This document shows, one piece after another, positions 39,501 to 51,616 of a stretch of DNA of 64,000 bases. The stretch is from Antedon mediterranea (lineage: Eukaryota; Animalia; Echinodermata), in contig NC_092672.1 of the NCBI RefSeq assembly GCF_964355755.1, positions 4,154,001 through 4,218,000 on the forward strand, read 5' to 3'. The position numbers and the translations under genes are program-made. The notes below the pieces were generated by a model, which was not told the DNA's origin, did no database searches, and saw only the letters and a list, made by a program, of their open reading frames with translations. Within the stretch, counting starts at the first letter, position 1. The number at the start of each line of letters is the position of its first letter.

Positions 39501-42500
39501 GTAGTTTGTTGTGTGAAATCTATTTTTGAATTGTAAATAAGACATTTTTGTGTACAGCGCTTTGGGCTTTGGCAAAGGAGCTATAGAAATCACTATATAT
39601 AAAACAAATTAAGCAAAATCAAGGTTATAAAGTGTGTATACAAAAGTGACTGTTACACACGCTATATAGAGGGCTTCTACAATCAAAGTCAGTCAACGGT
39701 AAAAATACATTTAAGAACAAAAAATAACGCGACAAAGGTATGCCGTAAAACCTGGAATGAAAACGCAGACAACTGAAAAGAGTGACATGATTTTCTTTGT
39801 GATTTTGGTGCAAGAGGGCGCTCTACCAGCTAAAATAAAAGTATGAGCTATTATCTATTTTGACAGACTATACTAATATTCAAAGTTAGCGTTTAAAAAT
39901 GACTGGATCAACGTGTAAGCGGCTTCTATTCAAGGTTTTACGGCACGAGTGAAGAATGACATTTGACCTACATTGCATTATGATGAAACAGGTTGAGGAG
40001 GTTGAGATTTCGATGCATCATGAATGCGATGATATGGCTGTAAAAAGATGAACGCGTAATACATAGCATGAACAAACAATGAATTTGCTCAACTATCGCA
40101 AAGAACAAATAAATGAGACTTAAGCTCTGTCAACATTATCAAACTTGTTTGACAAAAAAGGTTTGATGTGCCCAACCAGTGATATTCCCAAATATAGTAG
40201 TGATATGACAGCATCATGTCCATATACGGGCACGTCACATTTTTTTGCCACATAAAGTTTGATAGTGTAGACAGAGCTTTATGGTGTGCTTATAAATTAT
40301 TTTGAAAAGAAAATTTGATGGGTACTATAATATGCAACATATTATTGTAATGTAACATTTTTTAAAGCTATTTGAAAATGTTCTTTTAATTTTCATACCA
40401 ATCATTCATTTATTTAGCATTTACGTTAATGCCAAATACAAACAAATACAATTATAATCTGTTGAGCAAATTAATTGAAGAGATAAATTTATCAAAACAA
40501 CATTCCAAAGGTTAACAAAAAAGGGAGGGCAGAGGGAGGGAGGGTTAAAAAACATAAAGTAAACATTTAAATAAGGTTTAAAAGTAAATAATAAACCCAA
40601 AATCTAAAAATAAGAAAATTATATTCTTTGAAAATTATTATTATCATAAATCAATACTATGTTTTCAAATACAGTAAAGGCTCTGTTAAGGGGACACCTT
40701 CTGGACAAAATAAAATATCAACCTCAATAGCGGTGTCCCCCAAATAGGGGTTGATAATAGTGATACAATTGGCAATTGTACTGGAGAGTGTCCCCATAAA
40801 AGGTGTCCCCTGAATGCTCCAAATTAGGGGTTATATTTTTTAATGTTTTTTTATGATGCTGGATATTTTTTCAAAAAAATAATATGTTACATTGATATGC
40901 AAAGCATGATATCGACATAGCTGTAGCAATGTATAATAGTATAGTATTCTACTGAATAATAATCATCATGTAATATATACAGTATGTATTTTGAGAAAAT
41001 AAAGTTGAAAGATGAAATTAACTTACGTTATACTCATCGCTATCAGCATTCTCAACATACAAGTACTTCTTACTTTTATAGTAATTGCCCTTCTTTAGGA
41101 TGTAAAATGTGATGATGTCACACATTACAGTTGCCTAGTAACATGAAACAAAAGAAACTTTATAAAAATCCATGAAAACTGGAATCCAATCTGAATTACT
41201 GTAGAACATTTAAGATTGGGAACTTTTGTTGTCAACATAAATATTCATTGAGTATTTTTTGTAATTCAAATAGTAAATTGTAAACGGATTTTGCTCAAGA
41301 GAAAGTCATTTGAATAGAAAACGTTGACAATGCAAGCTTTGCCATTAAGAACAATTTCAACGCTCAAAATAAATAAGTACTTAACGGAAAAACTATATTT
41401 AACAGTAAATTCGCAATCGAATACAACAATTATAATAGATACAAAATTATAAATCTGTTATGTATTTATTGCTTATCGACATTTCTTTAAATTCATTAGT
41501 ACTCATGTGTCTACTGACTGCCCTAGTAGACAGCATGATTTCATCAATATCCTGTAATTTTAAAAATTTGACCAACTGGGGAGTAGGCACTTGTTTGGCT
41601 ATAAATCTAGTCCAGAATATAAGGTTACAATTCTAAATGAATGAATCTGTAAAACGTTACCGAATAGCCATTTAAACAACTTGCTTTTGTTATGCTCAAC
41701 ATTTTATCTCTTTTGTTTTTTAACTTACTAACTAACTTGTTTTATACAGTATTTTTTTTAATGTATTTTTGCATATTTGTATTGTAGGGGCCCTCATGAG
41801 ACAAGCTATTGCTTCTAGCGCTGGACAGAGTTATTGTCAAATAACTGAATAAATCTGTATGAATGAACTATATTTAACAGTAAATTCGCAATCGAATACA
41901 GCAATTATAATAGATAAAATATTATAAATCTGTTATGTATTTATTTCTTGACATCTTTAAATTTATTAGTACTCTTGTGTCTATTGTATTGTGTCTTCTT
42001 TTTGTGTATTTTTGCATATTTGTATTGTAGGGGCACTCATGAGACAAGCTATTGCTTCTAGCGCTGGACACAGTTATTGTCAAATAACTGAATAAATCTG
42101 TATGAATGAATGAATGTTCAATAAATAAGCTATGCAACTAGTGTAAACTCACAATAGAGAGCAAAGCCAGCCCAGCTCCCAGGTTGGTAGTCAGTGGAAT
42201 GAAGTTAAATTTTCCTGCGGTTCCTGTAACAATGACCTCAAATAAAATACCATACGCCTTTGTTAACGTCCTGTATTCTGTATGGTTCTTTACATAGAAT
42301 TTTCCAAACCTGAGAAAAATAAAAGAATAAAACATTATTGAAAGTTTGCATGGTGAAATCAAATGTTGACAGAAAGTCCAGGAAACTGGGAATATCAGTG
42401 AAATAGGGTGGGACTGGTGTGAAAGCTAAAAACAATAGCAAGTTTACAGTGGGAGGGATTGAAAAACATATTTAATTTGAAATATGACATAATAAATAAA

Positions 42501-45500
42501 ATCAGGTATTAATTATTAGATCAACCTACCTAAAGTTATATCCTTTAGCAATTTTTGCATTTTTATTGTCCAACCGCCTAAAGGAATATTTGGGTCGACA
42601 CGCATCCCAACTTTTATCCAAGTTACAATCCCAGTTAACAAAAATTGCTATAACACCTCCCTACAAAACAAAATGATGGTACTGCAGGTTATTATAATTT
42701 ATAATGAATATTTTTATTTTTTTATTGTAAAAATCACTGTAAATACACATTATTACGATTACCATCATAATAATTACCATAATAGTTTAGTGGGTACAAT
42801 GGTGGATATCAGGTGCTTCTTGTATCTGTATTTACATTTTTTACTCATTAACCATGGATATAATTATGATGCCTTGGCCTTTAAAATGAATATTGACCTC
42901 TTAACTCATGAATAATTCATGAAGCAGATACAAACATTTTTAACATGGATAAAATTATGATGTGTAAACTGTATTCCATTCCACTTTGGGCACAAACTGG
43001 CATTATAATATAGTGACCCATCAACCATATTAAACTCTACATAATGGTATTTAGTATATTTTAACATCAGTAGCGGATTCAGGATTTTGAAATAGGGGGT
43101 GGGTAGGGGCCCAGGCCCTAAAAATGGCAAATTTAGGTGCCATACTGAAATTAGTGTCCTATTTTTGCATTACAATTTGCAAAATTTAGAACTTTGAATC
43201 TGCCTATGAATATTCATGCCATAATAGTCTCATAATCAGAAAACTTCATTTGTTATTACCTGGTATGCAATGGTGTTGAAGTCTTCGTTGGTCTCTTTAA
43301 CAATATCTCTCAAGCGAAACACTGGACAGAATGGATCTGTTACACTGTTGTATTTACAAGTTGTTAGGTACGTCTTGTTGTCACTTTCAGCTATATTTCG
43401 TCTATCATGATAAAAACGGAAAATACATTTTATAAAGCTTGTACAGTGACCCTGGAATTAACATAACATATAATGTACATGGAATTAGGTTTGTTCGGGA
43501 TGAGAAGACCAGCGTGGTTCCCCATTTGGACGCAATGCAACGAACAAGGAACCACTAAAAACGTATTGACGCAAAGTGCTGTATTGCGTAACCACAAGTG
43601 GAAACTGACGATGCAATACTGCTGCAAACATCGCATGTTTGATTTCACGCAGGCGGGGGCAAATATGATTATTGGAAGGGCATTTTCTTTTAATGTTTTC
43701 GATGTCAAAAAATTGGATGGAGTAAAAAAAAGAAGACATACTTCTCAAAATTGAACTTTGGATAACTAACACTGTTCTTGATAAGAACAGTAAAATGTTG
43801 TGCATCGGCTAGAATGGCTTCATCTTCTCTATGGAAACAAACAATACAGATTATTTATATTATTTATACTCCTTACACATCATCATCTAGCATAACTCTG
43901 GAATTTAACATTGTAAAAGCAGATGTAGATGCTTCAGTGTGTTTAGCACTGTCTACACTATCAAACTATTTATTTATTTATTATTCAACATTTTTTTGTT
44001 TTGTTTTTGACGTTATCAAATTTTTATTTTCTTTTAAGTTCTGTTATTTATTTGTTAATTTTGTAGCATAAGTTAGTTAAGATAAAAGGTACCAAGCTTG
44101 ATTAGCTTCGGCTATACCTTGGCTACCTGTTGTATTAAATTGTTTTTTTGTTTGATACAATAAAGAAGAGAAAGAAAGTTTGACAACAAAAAAGTGATTT
44201 TTTTGTAAAGTTTGATAGTGTAGACAGAAATCTATCTATGTTTGTGAAACTTTGCATGATGTCTGAACCAAGTTCTTACACAAATTATTTATGTAATTAT
44301 TACTTACAGAGGTGGTACGTCGTATTCTACTGGACACCACGCCTCAATTTCGCATGTTTTTGTTGTTTTACCATCTGGGTACGTATATGTAACGCAATTG
44401 CCCGTTTCTATACCTAAAAAACAAAGACAGTATCTTGATATTAACTATGCAATCGAAAAATGAATAATTTAGTTATACTGTAGTGTAGTTTAGTTAATTC
44501 TTAAGCTCTGTCTACACTATCAAACTTTATGCGATAACTAAATTTGTCCATATGGACATGATGATGTAGTATCACCACCATATTTGGGCATATCGCTACC
44601 ATATTTGGGCACATCACAGTTCACACTTTGTTTGTCAAAAAGAGTGTAGACAGAGCTTAACATACAGTAAAATTAAATCCAAGAAGTAGCAAATATACAG
44701 GAAATTAATAGTCATTTTATTTATTTTTTGGTAGTTTTGCAACATTAACCAGAATTCATTTATATCCTGGTACTTTACATTTAGTATGAATGTTGTAAGA
44801 TTTAATGACTTTATAAATATTAAATAAATATTTTCTATTACTTCCTATTAAGAGTAAACCCATTAGCAGACTGTGAAACTAGATCAATAATAAATCAAAT
44901 CTGTTTATATCCCTGCTGTGTGTGTAAATTAAACAAATCACATTTTATCTTATCTTTCACTTCTGCATAATATTAACCTTTGACCTGAAAAGCTCACAAT
45001 CTCTTGTTGAGAGTGCGATAAATATAGACTTACCATTTCCGTTTACTACAGGTTGACCTTTGCGACAAACATTCGGGTCATCTTCACAGTTAACATTGAC
45101 CATAAATGGGTCCTAAACAATAAAACCACATTAGTAAATAATCATAATGTAAGCTTTGATAGCCTATGATATTACTGTCATGCATTTCTGTCTTACCAGA
45201 GGAAACACAGAAATAAAAGTACTGTATACATTTAATTTTATTAAAGATGTATTGTCCCTCAAAAACATGAAAAATGATTAATTTAATCAGACTTTGAATA
45301 TGTTATTTTGAAAAAAAAAGGGAAAAAAAATGTTTTCACTTATAAAATGACAAAATAAATAGTTAAATTCAACCAAAAACCCATTGGATGCTAGCCAATT
45401 TGACCATTTTTTTGCTTAAAATTAGTTTTTTCAGGTAAATACATTTTTTTTCGATCCAATTTTTTGTCAAAGTGGATAACTATTATGTTACATTAAAATG

Positions 45501-47002
45501 GCATATATTCAAAAAAAATTTTTTCAGGGGGACAATACATCTTTAACTAAGAAACTAACTAACTAAGAATCCAATGAAAATATTGTTTAACTTACCTCTG
45601 CACAAACTCCCCTGGTCTGTTCAGGGGTTATAACCATGTTTGTCATAACAAAAAAGGCATTATCCATCTGAAAAATAAAGAAACAAATTATTATTCTACA
45701 ATTGCTATTCAAACCAAGAGTGAGATCCCTAATTAGATACTTTACCAGTACATAGTTAAAGCCTTGTCCACACTATCAAACTTCATGTGACAAAGTGTGA
45801 TGTGCCCAAATATGGTAGTGATATGTAACACTGTGGTCAAGGGTCAAATCTTGTCCACAAGCACACAGATATGTTAGAAGAGAAATCTCTCTTCCAAACA
45901 CATTTAAACCAAGGCATCACCAAAGTTTTGTTTTATGTCAATCCAAATGTAAAATTGGGTGGGAGGAGCAATACACTTTCGGCTTGTAGTAGTGTCTAAG
46001 GCTGTGTTTGTGTTTCTGCAAATTATACAGTAGGTTAATTGTGTAAAAGTGTCAGTCATTACCGAGCAACCAGTAGCCCAATCGCAACGCAACAATTTGC
46101 CCTTCAGTTTAAAAGTTAAAAATTATCGCATTTATTGGATAATTATCTGATTTGAATTTCTGCGCAGAATTAGAAAGAAACTTTATCGGTTAATTATCGA
46201 TTATTTGAAACACGGCTTTAGTAATATTAATATTAAAGTGTCTCATTAATATTAATATTTTTTTAATCGGGAGAAATTGCATTTAGCGGTAGATTATTTT
46301 AAATATCGGTAAACTCCTGTGATTATCGGGAGAGTGTGGAGGTCTGTAAAATGAATATTTTTATTAAAATACTATTTATTAGCAATACCATAGGAGGAAT
46401 GACATAGTCTACTGGATCCCAGATTCTGTTATATGGACCAACATCTTCTATCGAGAGATTTGGGTTGCCAGTAATGTTTGTGTAAGCAACTCCTTTTAAC
46501 TTGGTTGTTACTGCACTAACAACTTCATCTTTCTCCTGGTAACCCTTTTGCAGAATAATGGCCCATCTGTAAAACAAAAAATAAAGATTTAGGCTAGCAT
46601 GAAAGAAGTCAATATAGGATTTTTTTAAATAATAAAACAAATATCACAAATTAATAATAAATCATTTGTTTGGGTAATATTAGAGCATGGTCCATGATTA
46701 GAGTCAGAGTAGGCAAAGTGGGCCGAAACGTCCCTGATTTTTAAAATACCTAGGTTTATATGGCTATGTCACACGCATCATCACTGCAGACTGGCCTACT
46801 CTTAACCGGCTAGGCTAGCCTACCCTACTACTACTAGGCATTTTACTTACACGACAACATAGACGATAACACCGATTTGAATCAAACGATTTATAAAGCC
46901 GACTTTCTTGCTTTTTATGTGAACAACTTTAGGTGTATCATATTCAAGCGCGGAGTCTACAGCTATCCTACTCCAAGAGCTTACAGTTTCCTTAAACGGC
47001 AT
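33563..47002 (-). CDS. P2RX4: P2X purinoceptor, P2X4-like (exons 47002-46851, 46566-46389, 45667-45596, 45112-45034, 44413-44308, 43828-43742, 43401-43260, 42660-42530, 42309-42153, 41134-41027, probable terminal exon 33649-33563)
   Basis: EYDTPK, TTKLKG, WDPVDYV, WCPVE, FTVLIKN, FCPVF, WDCNLD, GYNFRF, LTKAYGI, TM2 ..VMCD and YxxKKY motifs, with all 10 ectodomain Cys. The terminal exon assignment is less certain, and the symbol reflects similarity, not proven orthology. Confidence 0.92.
33765..34400. repeat. Compound minisatellite of 48-bp and 66-68-bp units (GATCTCAATGGAGATACAAAA..TGACAATGCTGTTGGTATCAGTGGCTG)
   Basis: Directly visible; produces spurious repetitive ORFs on both strands. Confidence 0.93.
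35335..35967. mobile_element. Non-autonomous DNA transposon with TTAA flanks (Kolobok-like)
   Basis: TTAA-AGCCCCATTCCCTACG ... TGCAGGGAAGGGGTCT-TTAA; imperfect TIRs. Confidence 0.6.
36010..36158. mobile_element. MITE family A copy
   Basis: Both TIRs recognisable. Confidence 0.8.
37861..38024. mobile_element. MITE with about 27-bp TIRs (AAGGGTCTTTCACACCTGTTCCGGCA)
   Basis: Inverted copy TGCCGGAACAGGTGTGAAAGACCCTT at the right end. Confidence 0.85.
39113..39326. repeat. Minisatellite, 21 bp x 10 (CATGTCACAGCCGTTCTATTG)
   Basis: Near-perfect tandem copies in a P2X intron. Confidence 0.97.
40122..40279. mobile_element. MITE family A copy
   Basis: Both TIRs recognisable. Confidence 0.8.
43510..43690. 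mobile_element. MITE family B partial copy in a P2X intron
   Basis: AGCGTGGTTCCCA...GTATTGACGCAAAGTGCTGTATTGCGTAACCAC, shared with the other copies. Confidence 0.7.
44503..44658. mobile_element. MITE family A copy
   Basis: AAGCTCTGTCTACACTATCAAAC...AGTGTAGACAGAGCTT. Confidence 0.85.
45241..45546. mobile_element. MITE with TTAA TSD (Kolobok-like)
   Basis: TTAA-AGATGTATTGTCCC ... GGGACAATACATCT-TTAA. Confidence 0.8.
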
Positions 47003-48027
47003 TTTTAGACTCTAAAGCTAGGCCAGGCTTGGAGAGGCTCCTGTGGGCTGCTCTGCTGGCTGGTTGATTGGCTCGCTTCTCCTCTCAGGCTCGGACGGAC
47101 GGAAGCTCTTTCGGATCAGTTGTTGTGGTGGCTGCTCGTGACGCTGTTATTCCTATTCAGCAGAGCGTCAATTCGACGATCGAGCATTCTCTACTTCTAC
47201 GGAGCGCCATTTATGTCTTTATTTACTTCCGAAATAGAATAGTACTACGGTAACTGGTTCAGTGGACCAAATTTAGCACCAGTGGAGCACAATTCAGATA
47301 TAAAATAGAAATAAGTCACTAATTTTAATATCTTTTCGTATGTTAATACACTGTCCTCAAGTGCACCCAATTTGGAGCCAGTGGAGCACAGTGATATTAT
47401 AAATAGAAATAAGTCACTGAATGTTCTATCTTTTCGTATTTTAATAACTGTGCTCAAGTGGACCCAATTTGGCGTCAGTGGAGCAAAGTGATATAAAATA
47501 GAAATAAGTCACTGAATGTTAATATCTTTTCGTATTTTAATACACTGTGCTCAAGTGGACCCAATTTGGCGTCAGTGGAGCACAGTGATATAAAATAGAA
47601 ATAAGTAACTGAAGTTTAATATCTTTCGTATTTTAATACAATGTACTCATGTGTACCCAATTTGGCACCAGGCGAGCACAGTGATATAAAATAGAAATAA
47701 TTCACGGAATTTTAATATATTTTCGTATACACTGTGCTCAAGTGGACCCAACTTGGAGCCAGTGGAGCACAGTGATATAAAATAGAAATAAGTCACTGAA
47801 TTTTAATATCTTTTCGTATTAAGCATATTTGAATACCTACCGGTATGGTACCATACATGTTCGACAATACAGTGTCACATATCTCTATTAAAAAAAACCC
47901 CAATATTTAAATTAAAAAAAATATCCGTCGAGGTTGACTGAAAAGCTGATAATAGTCTATTTATACGTGTATTACGTAATTGATCATTACGTCATAAATA
48001 TCCTATTAACCTTGCTAAAACCAAAAC

Positions 48028-48099
48028 GATCAGTTAGCTCAGTCGTCTGAGCGTCGTGTTAACACACGTATGCCGTGGGTTCGATTCCCACGCTGGTCG
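48028..48099 (+). mobile_element. tRNA-derived SINE head or tRNA pseudogene (Ile/Val-like)
   Basis: A box TAGCTCAGTCG, intact T arm GTGGG-TTCGATT-CCCAC and a pairing acceptor stem. The anticodon stem is defective, and the element continues into non-tRNA body sequence. Confidence 0.55.
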
Positions 48100-49949
48100 G
48101 TGGAATAGAGTTAAGGCTATGCGAGCCACTGTGTTTGGGGTTCACAGATGCATACGTCCCCCTTTCCACCACACATCATGAGGCGACAACATCAATGCAT
48201 CTGGTGGAAACGACCCCATTTTGTAAAAATACACTATAATGTGTAACGGTAGAATTATAATTATAATGTAAAAGATTAACAAACGTGAATGTATCTCTCT
48301 CATCATGTTTGGTATGCCGTTCCTGTTATACAAATTAGTTTGTGCAGGTGCATTATGGTAAAGATGGTATTGTTAGTCATTCGCGGTCAACGCGCCCCAC
48401 TGTTAAATTTTGATTTTGTTAATCAATGTTGCAACATTGGTAGCGAAATGTCCGATTCTTCATAGTACAGTAGTTGGTGTGTATGGCCGCACCGCCCCAG
48501 AATAAACATGTTTTAAACAGATAGTTTGTCTCCGATGGTTTTTGTATGAGGTTAATGGAGAGTGGAATAAGATCAAATATAGAACATTTGCAAAGATGCC
48601 GATTTCCAGACCAATTTCGAAGCTTAGACTAATTCTGCCGCCGGGCTAGGCCATAGGCATATACGAAGTCGAGTTTTTAAAGTAGAAAACCCCACCTAAA
48701 ATGTTGAAGTGCGCATCTGGATAGTTGCAATTTTAACATTATCATAATTATCATAGGTGACTATGTATAGTAATAAGTGGATGGGCTAGTACTGGAGACT
48801 TAATATTTAATTTTATATTTCAATGAATAGGTGCACTTTCCCAGTTCCGGGGACAAGCTCATATATTGTCCTGGTGAGTTTGTTTCATTCAAATCATGTA
48901 ACGCCATTTTTTCGGGCGGGAACCTACTGTATAGAGCTCTTTTTTTTTTCAAAATTGACTTTGCTCAGCCCGAAGCATGGTGGGGTACTGAAGATTCTTA
49001 TGCATGTTGTTTGAAAACATACTAGATGTCATTTTCGGGTACCTTGTAGCTCTATTTTAAACTGTTTGGTATGCGTGCGTTGTTATGCAAATGAGTCTGT
49101 GCAGGTGCATTATGGTAAAGATGGTATGTTAGTCATTCGCGGTCAACACGCCACACTGTTAAATTTTGATGCTGTTATTTATTTACATTAGAAGATTTTT
49201 CAAATCATGTAAATAAAATATTTTCCGGGCGGGAAGCTAGCAGTTCCTCTCGTTTAGTTTGCAAAAGTAATCTCGAAACGAACTCCATGTGGAAAAGAAG
49301 CCCACCCAAGAGTACTAAAAATGAAGGAGCACATGGGCTTCTCTTCGAGGTTTTATGGCAGTCTATTTAATGGAAAATAATGCCATGCAACTTTGTTTCT
49401 GATTTAAAAAAAAGTTCCACTTGACATTTACAATCCTCAAAATATCTCTATTTCAAAATAAAAGAAAAACAATATTCATTATTTTCCATTTAAAAAAAAA
49501 TCCACTGGCGCCAAATTGGGTCCACTTGAGCACAGTATATTAACATACGAAAAGATTAAAACTTGAGTGACTTTATTTCTATTTTATATCACTGCTCCCC
49601 TGGTACCAAATTGTGTCCACTTGAGCACAGTGTTTTATACGAAAAGATATTAAAATTTAGTGACTTTATTTCTATTTTATATCACTGTGCTCCACTTGGG
49701 CCAAATTGGGTCACCACTTGAGCACATTGTATTAACATACGAAAAGATATTAAAATTTAGTGACTTTATTTCTATTTTATTTTTTTATTAAACCTTATTT
49801 TGTGAGGGTGACCCTAAACAGCATATGCAGAAAGTCAAAAACATAGGAAAAAACGGATGAACTATGTTAAAAAAATATAAAAATATATAATATATATGTA
49901 CTTAAATACAAAAATATAGCCTACAATACTATACAAAACGTTGAGTTTT

Positions 49950-50720
49950 TTCTTTTGAGATTAAATATTTTTTTAGAGCAGACTTAAAATTATTCATTGT
50001 TACCGCATTTCTTTTGGTGGGTAGCAAATTCAGGTATGTTGGTGCTCTATAGATGAAACTGTTCTTAAAAGTTTCAGTTTTAGGGAAAGGGACGACAAAT
50101 TTCCTCTCACTGACACTTCAGGTACATCGATGATTTGGAATTCTGGCAAGACGCAGAGCAAGAAGGTATTCCGGAGCAAGATCATTTGCAGACCTGTAGG
50201 CAAGATAGCCCAGTTGTAGATGCATGCAATCTTGGACTGTATGAAGATTTAAGGTGTTGTTAATGTTAGTTCGTGGTTAGACTTTGCTCCAAGTCTGTAT
50301 TTATTGTTTTTTTATGTCATTCCACACGTCGTCGTTTTGATTTTTGTCTGAAACAAGTAATACACGTATGAAACGCCATATTTTACTTTTTACTAATATT
50401 AAGACAAAACTCCGTCTGGAGCCCAGACTAGTTGGTGGTGTGAGAGGATGAGCTTTAAGGATAATGCGAAGTGCTCTATTTTGAATGGTCTGTATTCGGT
50501 CAATATTCGATCTGATTCCCCAAACACTATCAATAGTCAATGTGTGGGAGGATTATAGTGTTATAGAGGAGTATGGATGTGTGTTTATTAATTAAATTAC
50601 CGAGCACGCGGTAAGATGGAGATGGACAAGCTTGGAACGGAGTTTATTTACATGAAAAGAAAAAGATAAATTTGAATCAATGTGAATGCCAAGATGTTTC
50701 TGTTTGTCAGTTCGTGATAT
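49950..50720 (-). mobile_element. Degenerate LINE (CR1/L2-like) reverse transcriptase C-terminal fragment
   Basis: Fragments KHLGIHIDSNLS, DSVWG...IQTIQNRALRII and a FPKTETFKNSFIYR-like motif, with frameshifts; it interrupts the right arm of the foldback element. Confidence 0.65.
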
Positions 50721-51616
50721 GGGTATATACGAAACGATATTAAAAGTAGTGACTTTTATTTCTATTTTATATCACTGTGCTACCCTGGTGCTAAATTAAT
50801 AATAATAACAGGATTTTTATAGCACACATACCACTCAAGAGTGCTCAAGGCGCATAGAATTGGGTCCACTTGAGCAGTTACCGTAGTACTATTTCTATTA
50901 TTGAAGTTGATAAAGGTATAGTAGAGAATGCTCCAGTCGTCAGAATGACGCTTTGGCTCAATATACCTCGCGGTACCAGTATAACTAAATGCTGACCTAG
51001 ATGAGGGCGTATTTCAAGATACGTCATGCATGGATGCCTTCTTTTATTTGTGTTTTGTGTGTAAAACTTCATAAGAGTTTGTATTGTACTTTTCTTCCAT
51101 CTGTGTAGGTCTTATGTATAAAAGTAAGGCTATTTCTGTATTTAAATACTTTTTGAATAAGTTTTGAAATCGTAGGTAGCCTAGAAATGTTCATTTTAGT
51201 AAAAGGGGCTTCTAGGCCTAGTAGCCTAGGCTACTACTAACTAGTACTACTCTAGTACTAGCTAGAGGTAGGCTAGTAGTAGTACTACTTAGTAGTAGTA
51301 GTAGCCTACTAGCTAGGCCTAGAAGTCTACTAGGTAGGTTAGGGAGAGAAATCAGCCAGTAGTACCAGTACCGGCAGTAGCCTAGTACCTATATAGTCCT
51401 ACTACTACTATTTTAAAGCCTACTTGTAGGCTGTACTATACGGTGTCACTAAGTGCATTTCGGCGAGGTAGACATCATCGACTGTTTGGACTCTGTTCAG
51501 CAGGGGGTTATAGTTAGTATATGAAAATAACCAGAATATATCAATAATTAAATATGTGTGGATTTTTGTAAATGAAGTTCTTTTATTCCAATTTTTTTTC
51601 AGAACTGTTGCATCAA

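Larger units (their letters stand above)
47239..50893. mobile_element. Large foldback-like element with arms built of about 97-bp tandem units, between the divergent P2X and ASPA genes
   Basis: Left end ATAGTACTACGGTAACTG with about 6 units (47250-47820). Inverted units at 49500-49780 and 50730-50893 end in CAGTTACCGTAGTACTAT. TSD not resolved. Confidence 0.75.

Noticed and set aside
1441-47002. Functional Ca2+-signalling cluster of Orai and P2X
   Set aside because: The two genes are separated by unrelated genes; nothing in the sequence supports co-regulation.
48028-48099. Functional tRNA gene
   Set aside because: The anticodon stem does not pair well and there is no immediate oligo-T terminator; more likely a SINE head.
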